Below, one piece after another: positions 13,581-27,717 of a stretch of DNA of 64,000 nt; positions within the stretch are counted from its first letter, which is position 1; the number at the start of each line of letters is the position of its first letter. Location of the stretch: the NCBI GenBank assembly GCA_964016885.1, contig OZ024741.1, positions 96,100,001 to 96,164,000 on the forward strand, read 5' to 3'. The stretch comes from Eledone cirrhosa. Lineage: Eukaryota. The notes under the pieces are model-generated. The model was not told the DNA's origin. It did not search any database and was given only the letters and a program-made list of their open reading frames with translations. The position numbers and the translations under genes are program-made.

Positions 13581-14952
13581 AGGAATTAGATTAAAACAGA
13601 ATTATTGCAAAATAACCGCGTTCGTTTGTATAAATGCTCGGAGTCCAGTAAACGTATAAGAAAACATAGAAACGGCAAAATACTTTACACTATTGATTTA
13701 GAAATAATAAATAGTATAGTAGAAAATCAGTACACTATTGCTTGTGGAAGCGTATGTAAAGATGTTTGCCATAGAATCTCAAGCATCATACATTTATCTG
13801 TTTCTGGTTTGTCGTATACAAGAAATTCACATGATCTGTGGCTTTCGCGATCTGCAGTCTATTTTATACTTTTATCTTACTATAGTTTTTGAAGCGAATG
13901 CGTGCTTCAATACGATGATTTGTTTTCTCAAAATTCCTTTAATTGTGTTTCAGATAGGAACTAATTGATTTAACTGATTAGTAAGTAACAATTTACTAAG
14001 TTTCGTGTGGATAAAATCAAAGTATATATTGCTTTAATTAACTAGCTGAAAAAAAAGAAAACATTAACTAAATCGAAGTGATGCAATAAAAATTTCGGAA
14101 CGTAGAATTTTATATGTGATTGATTTGTATGACTTGTAAACCTAGAACAAAAATATAATGTTAGAAGAATGTTGGCTGCTCATTGGGTGTTTTGTTGAAG
14201 CAATTCTTATAATTGAGTTTTTCTCTATCCGGCATATGGTGTTGTGTGACATAACGACTGCGTGTGGTAAACATTGACAAAAAAAAAAAAAAAAAAAAAA
14301 AAAGCCTTGTTCACGAGAATCTTGCGATAAATATTTCAATCACAGATGTTGCTCTAATCATTGTTTTCGGTTTTGGTATATATGATTTGTGAAATCTACG
14401 TGACGAATTCAAATCCTAATGGAGTAGAATTTTACTTGTTTACGTCACTTGATAAAGAAATGAAGTTCAGCCTGGCTTATTACCTAGCTTCTGAATATAA
14501 GATCATACATTTTCACAAGCACAACGGAGTTGTAGGCAGATGGGACTTTTCCCTTTCACTTAGCAAAGTTAATGCTGCTGCACAGAGATAACAACATTAC
14601 ATCGTTCGTCGTTCTAAACCCATGGAGCTCATAATTGTAGGTTAAAAACTAATAGTTGGTGGTGCCATGAAAATGTAAATATATGAATGTAAGAATATCA
14701 CTTAAATAAATAAATAAATATGAAGTCTTTAGTGGTACCAATATTACTCTTCAAATTAAGTAATTAATGCCTTGAAGTACAATCCATCTGTCTTATATAA
14801 AACAAGTTTGTAGTTTGTTTTGCGAGAATGTATTGCAGTCCTAGGACCTGATCAATCCTATTTTATGGCAGGTCAGCCTATTCATATTTATGGTAGTATG
14901 GTAGCCATTGCATACGAACTCTATCCTTTTCACCTGGAGTTATATAGTCTTA

Positions 14953-15143
14953 AGGGCGGTGGATTGGCAGTATCGGTAGAGGGTCGGACGCCATACTTTC
15001 CAGCATAGTTACGTCCCTTTACGATCTGAGTTCAAATCCCGCCGAATGTTGACTTTGCCTTTCATCCTTACGGGGTCGATAAAATAAAGTACCAGTAATG
15101 TACTGGGTAATTGCTGGCCTTGTGCCTAAAGTAGAAACAGTTA
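14953..15143 (+). mobile_element. tRNA-derived SINE, main family (reference copy)
   Basis: A-box-like TGGCAGTATCGG and B-box GAGTTCAAATCC, then a conserved GCCTTTCATCCTTACGGGGTCGATAAAAT core resembling the Nin domain; at least 10 copies in the window. Confidence 0.8.
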
Positions 15144-17367
15144 TATAGTCTTAACAGAATGCAGTACTGCAATACAAACTGTAGATTATTCGGTCAGTAG
15201 TAGGATTTCTTATAAGCTTATAGTAGTCGGATAATTTGCAGGAGCCTAATACGTAATTCCACTTATTGTATTTTTATAATTTGATCAAGAGGTTAAACAT
15301 TCATGATGTTTCTCGGATTTGGAAAAGTATCTACAGGAATATATTAACGAGGAGGGCAGCAGGTGTTTGGTACAAAAGCATACAAGAGAATGAAATTTGT
15401 TAAATGTACAGGAGCTCTACAATGTAAAACTAAGACCTATCAATTTTTTATATATGTAATCTATATTGAGTTCTAGGTTATACGATTGGAGAAGGGAGGA
15501 GTTAGTCGCTTCAGCAAATGACCTGTGAAATTGATCTCGACGGGACTTGAACTTAGATAGTATATTTTAACTTTATTTTACTATTATTATGGAGTGAGGC
15601 AGTGCGCTTTATTCGTTTAAATGGTGGAAAGGGGGACTATATCGTCAAGCCGAAGACCTGGATGTTAAAGTGTGCAACAGAGTTGGCTCCCTTAATGGCA
15701 CCCAAGAAAAAAGTGGTGTTGCATCGGGTGAGGGATTAAGTCCAACACCCCAGTAATCCATATCGGGATATGAACTCAGAACTCAAGAGGCCGGAACCCG
15801 CAATAAATATATCTCTTCTGACATTTGAATATTTCTGATAATATATTAATCTGGTATGGTACATTATTTTATCGACCATGAAAGAGTTGCCCCCAGCGTA
15901 GTTTGAACGTAAGGCGTAGAGAGCTGAAACAAATGACGTAAGAAATGTTTGTTCCACGCTGTAAAGAGTCTTCCAATTCACCAACTATATATTAACAGAC
16001 AAGAAGATTTTTATAAGCATAGGAAGTCTTTGAAGGAATAAAAGGTAAAGAAATCCCTAATGGAATTTAAGGTGAAAAATGTGAGACGACCAAACAAACA
16101 CGTATTCGATGCTGTATTTTGCTTCTATATTTGATATTTTTGTCATATATAAAAATAAACTAGAATTTTGACTTTCGAAATTCTTATGAAAAATATAAAA
16201 AAGACATTTTTAAATATAATTTTTCTAAAATGCCCCATAAGAATTATAGGCTAAACATTTTCCAAACACGTTTTTTATTATTCTAAATTGTAGCAGATCA
16301 ATCATTATTTCAAGTGAAAACTCCCTGCCGAAATCCAGGGTCATTTTAGTTATTAGACCTAATTCTGGAAGCACTGCAAAGTATAAAAATATACCATCGA
16401 TTTTTTCCAAGCAGATGCTGAAAAAAAAAATTACTTTAAATTATTTCAGAGTTGTTCTGAGATCCTGAAGCATTCATATTTCAGTATCGTCTAGAGATAG
16501 CGAAGAACTAATTGGATTTCAGGTTTTGAAGAATTCTCCAGAAATGGCTGAGATGCCTGCTTTTCATCAAGAATTGTTTTTTCAACTCATATTGTAAGGT
16601 CCCACTCCATTTAAAGACAATTCAATTATTGTAAAGAAGTGACTGGTGAAAATCAATCATAAACGAAAAGCAACCCGTTTATTTTGTCAGTGATAGAAGA
16701 CAGCACATTTTATTTCAAACTTGGCTTTGCTTTCTTACCGCCATCACCGCTATAGCAATCAGCATCATCATTGCCGAAGGCATCGCTTGCTGCACTACAA
16801 CTAATATCACTACCCTCTCCAGCATCATCACCACTACTATCATTACCACTACCATTTCCAATATCATCATCTCAACATCACCTCCTTAGGCAGTAACAAA
16901 TTTTTTCTAGGCGTAATTCGATTGAAGAGTTGAGCAATGAATAAATTCTACATATATGTATATATTTATTATTTTTAATCGCGATGAAGAGGTGCAGCAT
17001 GTTAGATGTAAACTCAGTGTGAGTAATGTCCTCGTGTCCTGCGTTCAATTTCCGTTGCCAGTTATTTCCAGTTGACTATCTCTCTTGTAAACAGCTGAAA
17101 TGTCATATATTAGAAATCAAGAAATATTATAAATAAAAAAAATTCAGTCGGAATTCAATTCTGGGCTGTAGAATCTATGAAACATTGGTATCACTTCAAT
17201 TATTGATTTGATCTTCTGCTCATTTAGCTGACGTCCATATCATTATCGATGATATATAATGAATTGTTTCACATGTTTATACAGGACTACCATTATATTG
17301 AGGAAGGCTATAATTAATAAAGTTATCCTTGATCAGATTTGGATTAAAACTAAATGGTACCCTAAAC

Positions 17368-17558
17368 TAGACCTGCACACCTCTAAAAACTGAACGGGAA
17401 GTGCCATGAAAAAAAGTGCCCCAAAATGCGGGGAAATGAAGAATAATGGGTAGATTGTACACAATGAAAGCTATACCAATTTTCACAAGAGGAGACTCTC
17501 ACCCATCCCAAAGTGGGTGGGAGTTCTCCCCGTCCGACGGGGATAGCTGACAGGTTTG
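17368..17558. mobile_element. hAT-like MITE (also at about 18950-19095 and 21600-21774)
   Basis: TIR of type CAGACCTGCCAAC..GTTGRSAGGTCTG, degenerate in this copy; flanks CCCTAAAC / CCTTAAAC resemble an 8-bp TSD; three homologous copies. Confidence 0.65.
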
Positions 17559-18653
17559 CCTTAAACATAACCTAACAATTGTTCTTCCCCGATACTTCCA
17601 TTGTCAAGACAATACAATGTATGTACTGAATATGAAATAATAGATGGAAAAAATCAGGTTTACTCCAGGTTACACCCTGTCTAAACATCACAACTATATT
17701 AAATAAAAACTGTTATTTCTTATGTATTTAATACTGAATAGCAGTAAACTACATAAGCAAATCATTTGCTTATAACTAGAAAAAGATTTTAACACGTTTT
17801 TTTACAAATTTCTTTTAGTTTAAATATTTAACGGTTTCACCATGTGGGATCTGGCACTAGAAAAAACAAACAAACAAATACTGTGATGCCTCTTTTCTCT
17901 TGATACTCTAAACATGAGCTTATATTGTTTACTGGTTAAGCCGGGTCTGACCCCGATACACGACGTATTGTATCCTCACTTGAAGAATAAAAGGCCAGGT
18001 CGACCCGGCTGAGGTTTGAAAACGAAAAGTCGAGAAATAAAACTAAATACTGAGATATTTCCCCAGTCATATTAGTGCATCTGAAAATTCTTTTCCTTCG
18101 ATGAAATATAGTTGCTAATGACCTGCTTATGATTTCCAGTCACTACCTCAACAATAATGAGAACGAAAATAGCAATAAACAAAACTCTCTAAACGAGAAT
18201 TTAAAAAAAAGTTAAAGAATAAAATGGATTATAAAAACTGAAAAATAATTAAAAAATACCTTGGAATTAAATACTTCTATTAGGCATGTACAGTCATATT
18301 CATGTAAAATATTGATAGATTTACAGTGCAGAAATATTTGGTTTGGCAATTATTAAAGGGATTTATTTCGCAAATCTGTCAAATCTCTCCATGAAAATAA
18401 ATAATAATTTAGAGTTAGAAAAATTAAAGAAAACATATTTAATAACAACTTAATAATTAACAACCACGTAGTTTAAGATTTAGAATTTTTCTCCACCATT
18501 TAATTTAATTATTAATATTATGTTAACAGTTTTCGGAAGGCGTCAAAGTGACATGAATGTAGAGTTAGGTTTTAAGGAGTTTTTACAGTGTTTAGGTATA
18601 TTCCTACACGTTCTGAGTTCAAATTCTGACGAAGTTGGTGTTTGCTGTACATT

Positions 18654-18733
<80 letters not shown>

Positions 18734-18949
18734 TCTGTCTGTGCGTGTCTGTGTGTGTGTGTGTGTGTCTCTGTGTGTGTGGTGGGATAGATGTAAAGGC
18801 AACCAACTACTGGGATGAAAGTGCGAGACGAAATGGTGAGGACTGGCAGAAATAGCAGCACGAGCTCATATATCAGTATATTTCACTTTGGTTTCATGTT
18901 TCCGGCATACAATTAGGTAGTGGTAGTGGTAGATTCTTTCGACCAACAG

Positions 18950-19095
18950 CAGACCTGCCAGACCATGAATAAAAGTGCCCCAAGACGGGGAGAAATTAGG
19001 CGAAATTTAACATAATGAAAGCTATACCCATTTTCACAAGATAAGACACCTCTCACCCACCCCAAAGTGGGTGAGAGATCTCCCCGTCTGCAACA
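18950..19095. mobile_element. hAT-like MITE copy
   Basis: Homologous to 17368-17558. Confidence 0.55.
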
Positions 19096-19233
19096 GAATG
19101 AATTCCTGTAAATGGTTGAATATTCTGTTGGCGTGTATTCTCAGGCTGAATCAACGTGACACTATGTGATAAGACTGTAATTTTGAATTACTGGTACAAT
19201 CCAGAGAGAGAGAGAGAGCGAGAGAGAGAGAGA

Positions 19234-19278
<45 letters not shown>

Positions 19279-19530
19279 GTTGATTGATACTTTATTAACC
19301 AACGTCAAAGGGATAGAAAGCAAATTTCATTTCCATGGGATTTGCAGTCAGCTTGCAGAGAGCCGGAATGAAATAGACAAGATATTCTATCCAAAGTTTT
19401 ACCTATTCTGTCAAATCGCCGAATTCGATATTGTATGTATCAGTGTAGTAATAGAATAAAAATAATCAACTGCATTATATTCACGAATATATATATAATT
19501 TTAACCGTAAGTATCAAGCTATGGTTGTGA

Positions 19531-19650
19531 AGGTGTGTGGCTGAATGGTTAGAGAATTGGATTCGCAATCGTAAGGTTGTGAGTTCGATTCCTGGACCAG
19601 GCAATGCGTTATGTCCTTGAGCAAGACACTTTATTTCACGTTGCTCCTTC
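19531..19650 (+). mobile_element. tRNA-derived SINE, second family (head region)
   Basis: A-box TGGCTGAATGG, B-box GAGTTCGATTCC, then GTCCTTGAGCAAGACACTT. Confidence 0.65.
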
Positions 19651-20148
19651 TACCTGGAGTTGCGACCGATAGATAGTATTAGCAATTGGAAAGACCAACG
19701 GAAACACAGTTCCCTCGGTCCGATTTGACGAAAGTCGATCGTCCTTTTATATATATATATAAATGTGTGTGAGAGAGAAAGCTCTGGGTTCAATCAGGGG
19801 TAACTACAGTAAGTAATGTACTCAGTACTGATGATTTCCTTCTAGTTCTCTAGAAGCCATTTTTATATTAAATTTGTTATATATATTTATATATAAGTAT
19901 GTATATATATATATATATATAGTGACATATGATATGTTTCCGAATAAACATTTGAAAGCCTTATGCTATGAATTTTTAAATATCAAGTTACAGCAGAAGC
20001 AAAGGGAATTTAACGACAGCTGTTTCTTCCATATTGACCGTTGTCATTGCCACCGCCTTTAAAGATTCATAGCTAAACATATCGTATATTATTTGATATA
20101 CAAACTTCACATAATTATATGTATAAAGCTATATTGGAGCGGGGACTT

Positions 20149-20234
<86 letters not shown>

Positions 20235-20236
<2 letters not shown>

Positions 20237-20421
20237 GAAAAGAGTCAGAACTCCGACGGCTGAACTTCGGCCGTTTCGACAGCTAGATCTAACTGTCGAA
20301 ACTGCCGGAGCTCAGCCGTCGGCGTCCTGACTCTTTTCTTATTACCCACTCTACTACCCTAAGTATCGAGTACTCTGGTGCGTTATGGTCCACCTGGTTC
20401 CTTACCACACTTTCTTTGTTA
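20235..20421 (+). mobile_element. Small fold-back element family C, copy 1
   Basis: Hairpin 20236-20339 plus a unique tail; (TA)n on both sides; homologous to 29620-29813 and 52272-52432. Confidence 0.75.
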
Positions 20422-21599
20422 TATATATATATATATGTGTATATATATGATCAACTACTGAAACACATGTTAAACTAGTATATATAATTATTATTATTGT
20501 TATATATAATTATTATGTTGTAGTCTCACCGGTGGCTCAATAGCTCAATATAGAAGAGACTCGGTGTTGATCAGCCGCGTTTCTTCCTCCGAATTTTTTC
20601 ATCATGAATATCAGCATTGTGAGAATAAATAAAAAAGTGATAAAAACAATATAGCTTTAAAAATTGGTGTTATGGCATAGCAGTATCTATTCTCCACAGG
20701 AAGGATGTGTGTTGACCAATCAACCTATTGTTGTTTTACATAGGCAAAAAGACATGAAGCTGTGATAGTATAGACGATTACATCAATTCTAGTAGTTAAC
20801 CGGTAAATATTGTATATACATCGGAAAGACAAAGTCGATTTGGATGCAATTGAAACCCATAACGTAAAAACCGTATTTGTCCCTCATTCTAGCAACTCTG
20901 CCAATCCATGCTCTTGTGCGTTAAAACTAACACTATTGTTTTGTGCCTATGTAAGAAATTATTACGAAGAAACGTTAGTTGTCGAAAAAAGTGCCTTGCG
21001 GTATTTAGTTACGGCCCTTAATATCCTAAATTCAAATATCGCTTTGCTTGACTTTGCTAACCCTTCTGTGTCGATAGAATATGTACCAGTCAATTTTAGA
21101 GTGATACACTTGACTGGCTTACTCCGCCAAATTTCTGGCGATGGATTGACAGAATCGGTAAAAAGTAAAAAAATAAGAAGTACTATTGTGTATTTATTCC
21201 GGTTCTAAGTTTTGAGTTCAAATTTCACCGAGGTTAAAATTTCTTTCCCTCTGTCCAGGGTCGACATAAAGAAATAGCAGTAAATCAACTAATCGCGCCT
21301 CCCAGATTTCTGTACTTATGCCTATGATAGAAGTTATTAATATCGTTTATAGCAGTAGTGTTAATAATAGTAGCAGCGTGTTTGAAACTGTCATGATAAA
21401 AATAATACAGCATATATTTCCGAAGCATCCTGAGAAAGATTTGCATAACATTCGCTTATATGGAAAATGTTCTTCCAATCGAATCATCTCTACGTTATAT
21501 ATGTCAATAATTTTGATTATTCTGTTAAAATATTTCTTTTCCAGCGTGTCTCACGACGAGCCATCATAACTAGCAAATACGTTCTGTGCGTGCATATAC

Positions 21600-21774
21600 C
21601 AGACCTGCCAACCTCTAAAGACCCTGAAAAAAAGTGCCCCAAAACGGGGAGAAATGAGGCAAAATGGGGAGATTTTACATAATGAAAGTTATACCCATTT
21701 TCACAAGACATCTCTCACACACCGAAAAGAGGGTGTAAAATCTCCCCGTCGGACAGCGAGAGTTGAGAGGTCTG
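21600..21774. mobile_element. hAT-like MITE copy
   Basis: CAGACCTGCCAACTCT..AGAGTTGAGAGGTCTG, with ATATAC on both sides. Confidence 0.65.
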
Positions 21775-21997
21775 ATATACTAGCTAATGTTAATGTGCAT
21801 TACACTCTAGAGAAAATGGCATATGTGTTCCATGTTTACTGCTTATTTCCGTCAGGTGTTATATGTATGCCGGAAGCTGTGATCATCTGTATGATTGTGA
21901 CCGCTTGTGCAAGGTATCCATATTTGTGTATGTAAATATGTGTATACATGTTTACATGCCCTATATATATATAGGGCACACACACACACACACAAAC

Positions 21998-22046
<49 letters not shown>

Positions 22047-22094
22047 TGTGTGTGTGTGTATAAGTAGTTCCACAACAAGCAGTTAGTTCAGAAT

Positions 22095-22137
22095 ACCGAG
22101 AACAAATGTTTCACCTTATGCGGATCCTCAGCTCGGT
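22095..22137 (-). ncRNA. Minimal type I hammerhead ribozyme
   Basis: ACCGAG-CUGAGGA-UCC gcauaa GGU-GAAA-CA uu UG-UU-CUCGGU: perfect 6-bp stem I and intact core; stem II closed by U.U. Confidence 0.7.
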
Positions 22138-22485
22138 CTGAATGAATATATATGTATATATAGTTGCAAACATAATATACATGTATGTGGGTCCATATAA
22201 TCCTCACAGGCGTTATTAATATTTTTGTAACAACCACAATTCCGGTTGATTACAATTTAAACATAGCTGACGATTTGTTTTCGCGGCTCGTACAAGTTTC
22301 GTCTGATAATAGAAGACTTGTGCCTTTGTAAAAATAACCCCAGAAATAATAAAATAATGAGACAACTAGTTCCTTGTAAATCAAATTAATACTATGTATT
22401 GATATACATAAGCGCACATGCATATATATATATATATACTCATTTATATATATATATACATACATATACCCCCCACCCCCACCCC

Positions 22486-22582
<97 letters not shown>

Positions 22583-22896
22583 GCTGGAAGAATGGAAGAA
22601 ACACGTAAAAACTAATAAAATAAGAGCTGATACGTTGGGAATAAAATAACTAAAGGAGAATTTTCTGAGGGCGAGATGCCAACATTTTATATTTATTGGT
22701 ATTACTAAAAGAATTACCAGGACGGCTTATTTTCATTTAGTAAAACACACTCACATAACACCAAAAATACACGTATGTCTCTACTGTAAGTATTGGAAAA
22801 CATTGATATATTTTTATGCGTGTATATTTATACCTACATTTATAGATAGGTAATTATTTATATATGAATACAAACATAATATCACGTTCGTGTACG

Positions 22897-22947
<51 letters not shown>

Positions 22948-22959
22948 GTACGTACATAC

Positions 22960-23527
22960 ATACATATATCCATACATACATATAAATGTTCCGTTTAATA
23001 GGAGTGTTTGTGTTTACTTACATGTGATTATTTACATATGAATACACACATAACATCACGTACATACACACAAACATACATATAAGCATGCATGCACACA
23101 AACACACGTATATGCAAATATATATATATACATTCATACATACATACATACATACTTTTATACATACATACATACATAAATGCATACATTCATACATAGG
23201 CATATATTTATACATACATACATACATACACACATTCATACATTCAGACATATTTATAGATACATACATTCATTCATACATACACACATACATACACACA
23301 AACACACATACATACATAGTTATACATACACACATTCATACATACATACATACATACATTTATACATACATGCATACATACATACATTTATAGATACATA
23401 CACACATACATATTTATACATACATACATTCATACATACATACACACATACATACATACATACAAAAATACATACAAACATACATACATACATTTATACA
23501 TCCATCCATCCATACATACATACATAT
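22960..23527. repeat. Degenerate (TACA)n tract
   Basis: Seen directly. Confidence 0.9.
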
Positions 23528-23851
23528 AATTGTTCCGTATAATAGGACTGTGTTTATTTACATGTAGGGCTTCTATTTTATTTATTTTTATTATATGTGA
23601 TTAATGTAATATTAAAAAAAGAACAATAGGTTTAAATGACAAAGATTTATTACATTACTAGTTCAAATGATTTATATAGGTTCTTAATCAAAATAATGGT
23701 ATGAAGTACATTGCCAATATACATGTTAATATTAGAGACACATTGTGGTCGTCACTCTAGGTCTGTAATTGTTTATGTGCTAAATAGATAGTCAATGTAT
23801 ATATGTATGTGTATATATATATATATATGTATGTATATATATATATGTATA

Positions 23852-24003
23852 CAGGGTGTGGAAAATAAACTCCCTATTTACACACACACACACATATATA
23901 TATATATTACACACACACACACACATACACACATATATACATATATATATACGTGTGTATATATATATATGTGTAAATAGGGCGTTTCTTTTCACACACC
24001 CTG
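23852..24003. mobile_element. Tc1/mariner-like MITE remnant filled with microsatellite
   Basis: TA-CAGGGTGTG..CCCTATTTACAC and its inverted copy GTGTAAATAGGG..CACACCCTG-TA. Confidence 0.55.
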
Positions 24004-24020
24004 TATATATATATATATAT

Positions 24021-24083
<63 letters not shown>

Positions 24084-24195
24084 AAAAAATGGGGAGAAGA
24101 ATACTGCAGGTTGCACATGGATAACATGTAATAAAATAAGTCCCTCATCAGTGATTTGCCGACGATCATAGATATATATATATATATATATATAC

Positions 24196-25165
24196 GTGGA
24201 AAAGTAAGAAATCGCAGAACAGACCGTTAATACATGTTTATTTAAAAGAGCACCTACGTACGTTTCGCCCGGTTGGGCTTCTCAAGGGCATAAATAACCA
24301 AAAGTGTTCCTTACATGGCCCGGAAAGTGTTTTGGGGGTTAAGTTTACGTCATAGTTCATTCTTCGCAAAAAAGCGTGTTTTGATTTTGCAGTAGGTCAA
24401 GGTAGGTAATTCTGGCCGGTGTTAGGGCAGTCTTTCCCGGACAAATTTTTTATCCATTACAAGATGTGGTTACAACCTTACCCTTGTCGATACGCACAGG
24501 GTCAGGTAATCAACGCTTATTTTGAGACGTTTGTTTTTCTGCACCTGCCCGTCTGGGTCATTTGAAGCTGGGTCTGGGATGCATGGTTAGTTTCCTGGAT
24601 GTTTTTTGCAGCTCCTGCCCACCGGGGTGTTAAAGCTTGTTGCAGGGAGACCCGGTACACGGTTTCACTCCTCATCCTTATCCCATCTGAAGAAGGATAT
24701 TTTTAAGCGATGTGTTCAGCTTATCGTCGTTTCAGCTCTGCTGTTGATGAGCTTGTGGGGTGCAGTTATGATGTGGTAGAGCTCCATGAGGCAAAGATCG
24801 CACTTCCTCTTGAAGTTGTACGGTGCAGCCCTGCCGACGATATCCCAGTGCGTAGAGAAGCTGATGTTTAAGTCAAAACACGTTCCGGGCCATGTAAGGA
24901 ACACTTTCGGTTATTTATGCCCTTGAGAAGCCCAACCGGGCGAAATGTACGTAGGTGCTGTTTTAAATAAACATGTATTAACGGTTTATCCTCCGATTTC
25001 TTACTTTTCCATGTGCTTACGCTCTGCTAACTCTCTAGCCCACTAAATATTAACACTTCTAATATTTAATACTGCCGGCACTAGTATTGAGCACCTTCTG
25101 CATACGCTATTTGGCAAATAACTACATGTATCACCTATCCTTCCTTTTTTTCTCTCTCTCGATAC
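24196..25165. mobile_element. PLE family D: minus-strand GIY-YIG end plus 3' UTR, with inverted + arm
   Basis: Minus ORF 24716-24904 (HWDIVGRA..KCDLCLMELYHI..INSRAE) resembles the end of ORF 39031-39999. Inverted arms 24196-24334 / 24874-25013, each with an HHR variant. Confidence 0.8.
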
Positions 25166-25319
25166 GTAAATACTCTCCCTCTCCCCCTCTCTCTCTATAT
25201 ATATATATATACACACGTACGAACATTTTGAAGATTATATTCTTTTCAGTAATGTGTGTATATATATATATATACACACATATTTATTCTCTCTCTCTCT
25301 ATATATATACACACACACA

Positions 25320-25431
<112 letters not shown>

Positions 25432-25548
25432 AGATAAAAATAAAAATACTTGAGTGCATTAGAGTTAAACACACTCGTCGTATTAGAGAAATGACAGTAT
25501 AAGATATAGCTCAATGTTATCAAACAGAGCCGAAAAATTATATAAATT

Positions 25549-25629
<81 letters not shown>

Positions 25630-26589
25630 CACATATATATGTATATGTGTCTCTGTGTGTGTGAACAAATCAATTGATGGAAGAAATATCGGTAAAAATC
25701 AAAATTTGAAATGTGTGTCCCCCAATGGAAATGACCATATTAATAGGTCTAACATTAATAGTTGAGAAATACCTAAAGTGGCTATATTTCCCTTTTCCTG
25801 TATCCAGGAGTACCTTATCCGATATTTTCAAATATTATTTATAGTGATTGAGATTTATCACGTTCACTTACGTTAGGACACACACATTAATACAAAAAAA
25901 CGCACACACACATATATATATATATATTTGTGTGTGTGTGTATGTTTGTGTGCATTAAAATTGTTCTGTCTTTGATGAAGATATAACTGCAGTTTTATAA
26001 ACCAAATATTGAAAAAGTACAGAGGCGTAAATGCTTTTTTTTTTATTATTCTGTACTTACACAGAAAATATAAGGATTGTCGGCATATGGTTCCCAGCTT
26101 GTTGTGGTTGTTTTTATATCAGAAGCGAAATAGGTTCAACCTTCAGCCTATGAAGAAAACATTAGCTGTCAGTCTAAGTTTAAAAAAAAATGTCTAAAGT
26201 CTGTTTAAGCCTGGAGGCACATTTGCCCGGGGCATATCCCGGTTTCCTTGGTGTGTGTGACAGAGAATAGAAGAATTCTCCCTGGACAAAACAACTGCCC
26301 ATCGCAGAGGTAAGCCCCCAGCTACTGCCACACACAGTTTCAGTTAAATATTTGTTTCTTCTTTTTTGGGGGAAGGGGTCTCGTTTGGAGATCCAGCCGG
26401 GTCAAATGGAGACGGTTGTTCCTGACAGGATATGTTAGAAAGCGTGCATAAGGACTCTCAGAAATATGTGGGCGAAGAAGAAGAAGAAGAAGAAGAAGAA
26501 GAAGAAGAAGAAGAAGAAGAAGAAGAAGAAGAAGAAGAAGAAGAAGAAGACCTTCCTTTCTAATGTAGTTAACATAATTATTTCTAACT

Positions 26590-26860
26590 GAGTTACGGCC
26601 CTTTATGGTCTGAGTTCAAATCCCGCCGAGGTTAACTTTGCTTTTCATCCTTACGGGGTCGATAAAATAAAGTACCAGTAATGTACTGGTGTATTGCTGG
26701 TCTTGTGCCAAAAGTAGAAACAATAATTATTTCTAACATTTGCACAAAGCCATTAATTTGATGGAGGGGAAGTATCGATTATATTGGCACCCGTACTTCA
26801 CTGGTACTTTATTTTATTGACCCCGGAAGGATGAAAGGCAAAGTTCATCTCGGTTAGATT
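26590..26860. mobile_element. Two SINE fragments, tail to tail
   Basis: Main-family core on + (26590-26728) and a variant on - (26730-26860). Confidence 0.65.
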
Positions 26861-27392
26861 TAATACAGAAAGTAGAGTGGAAAGAAAGAAAGAATTGTTT
26901 CGCTGTAAAATATCAATTGGTGAAAATACATTTTGTTATTCCACGAGTAAACAGAGAAATATAGAGATTACTTTAGCATGTTTCACAACACATTGGGTTT
27001 TCATCAGAAGACAAGCAGCCATACCATATCACGTTCTCGTTTGTAATTGATACAACTAGCGAGTTGCTATAAAACTCTTTCTGTCGGTGAAAGGGTAAAG
27101 GTCTGAGGAGAAAAATATTGAATATATATGATATTTTTTTCATGATCTCACGTTGAGGTTTATAATTTAAAATCAGATATATGGGCATCAGATTTATCTT
27201 CGGATTCCTAATGTGCGGTGAAATCTCCAAACACACACACACACTAATACATACATGCACATTCATACTCACATGTACACACACTCACACACAAAGACTC
27301 CACATACACATACACCATACACACACGTACGAACATTTTGAAGATTATATTCTTTTCAGTAATGTATATATATATATATATGTATTTTTATG

Positions 27393-27444
<52 letters not shown>

Positions 27445-27646
27445 TACATAAATATATACATATATGTATGTTTATGTTTGTTTAATGATTATTTCTAAGT
27501 TGGTCATACTGAGCTTTCACATTTCTTTGCATATATTGATTCATTTTGTTTACATGTTAAATCCATTTCAGTCTACAGCGATAATCTCAACTGACATGCA
27601 CTAAGTGTTTTGCTTGTATGTGATGCGTATATGCATAAACCTCTCT

Positions 27647-27713
<67 letters not shown>

Positions 27714-27717
27714 CAAA

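Noticed and set aside
19531-19610. tRNA gene
   Set aside because: It has A and B boxes but continues into a SINE body, and no convincing cloverleaf is visible.
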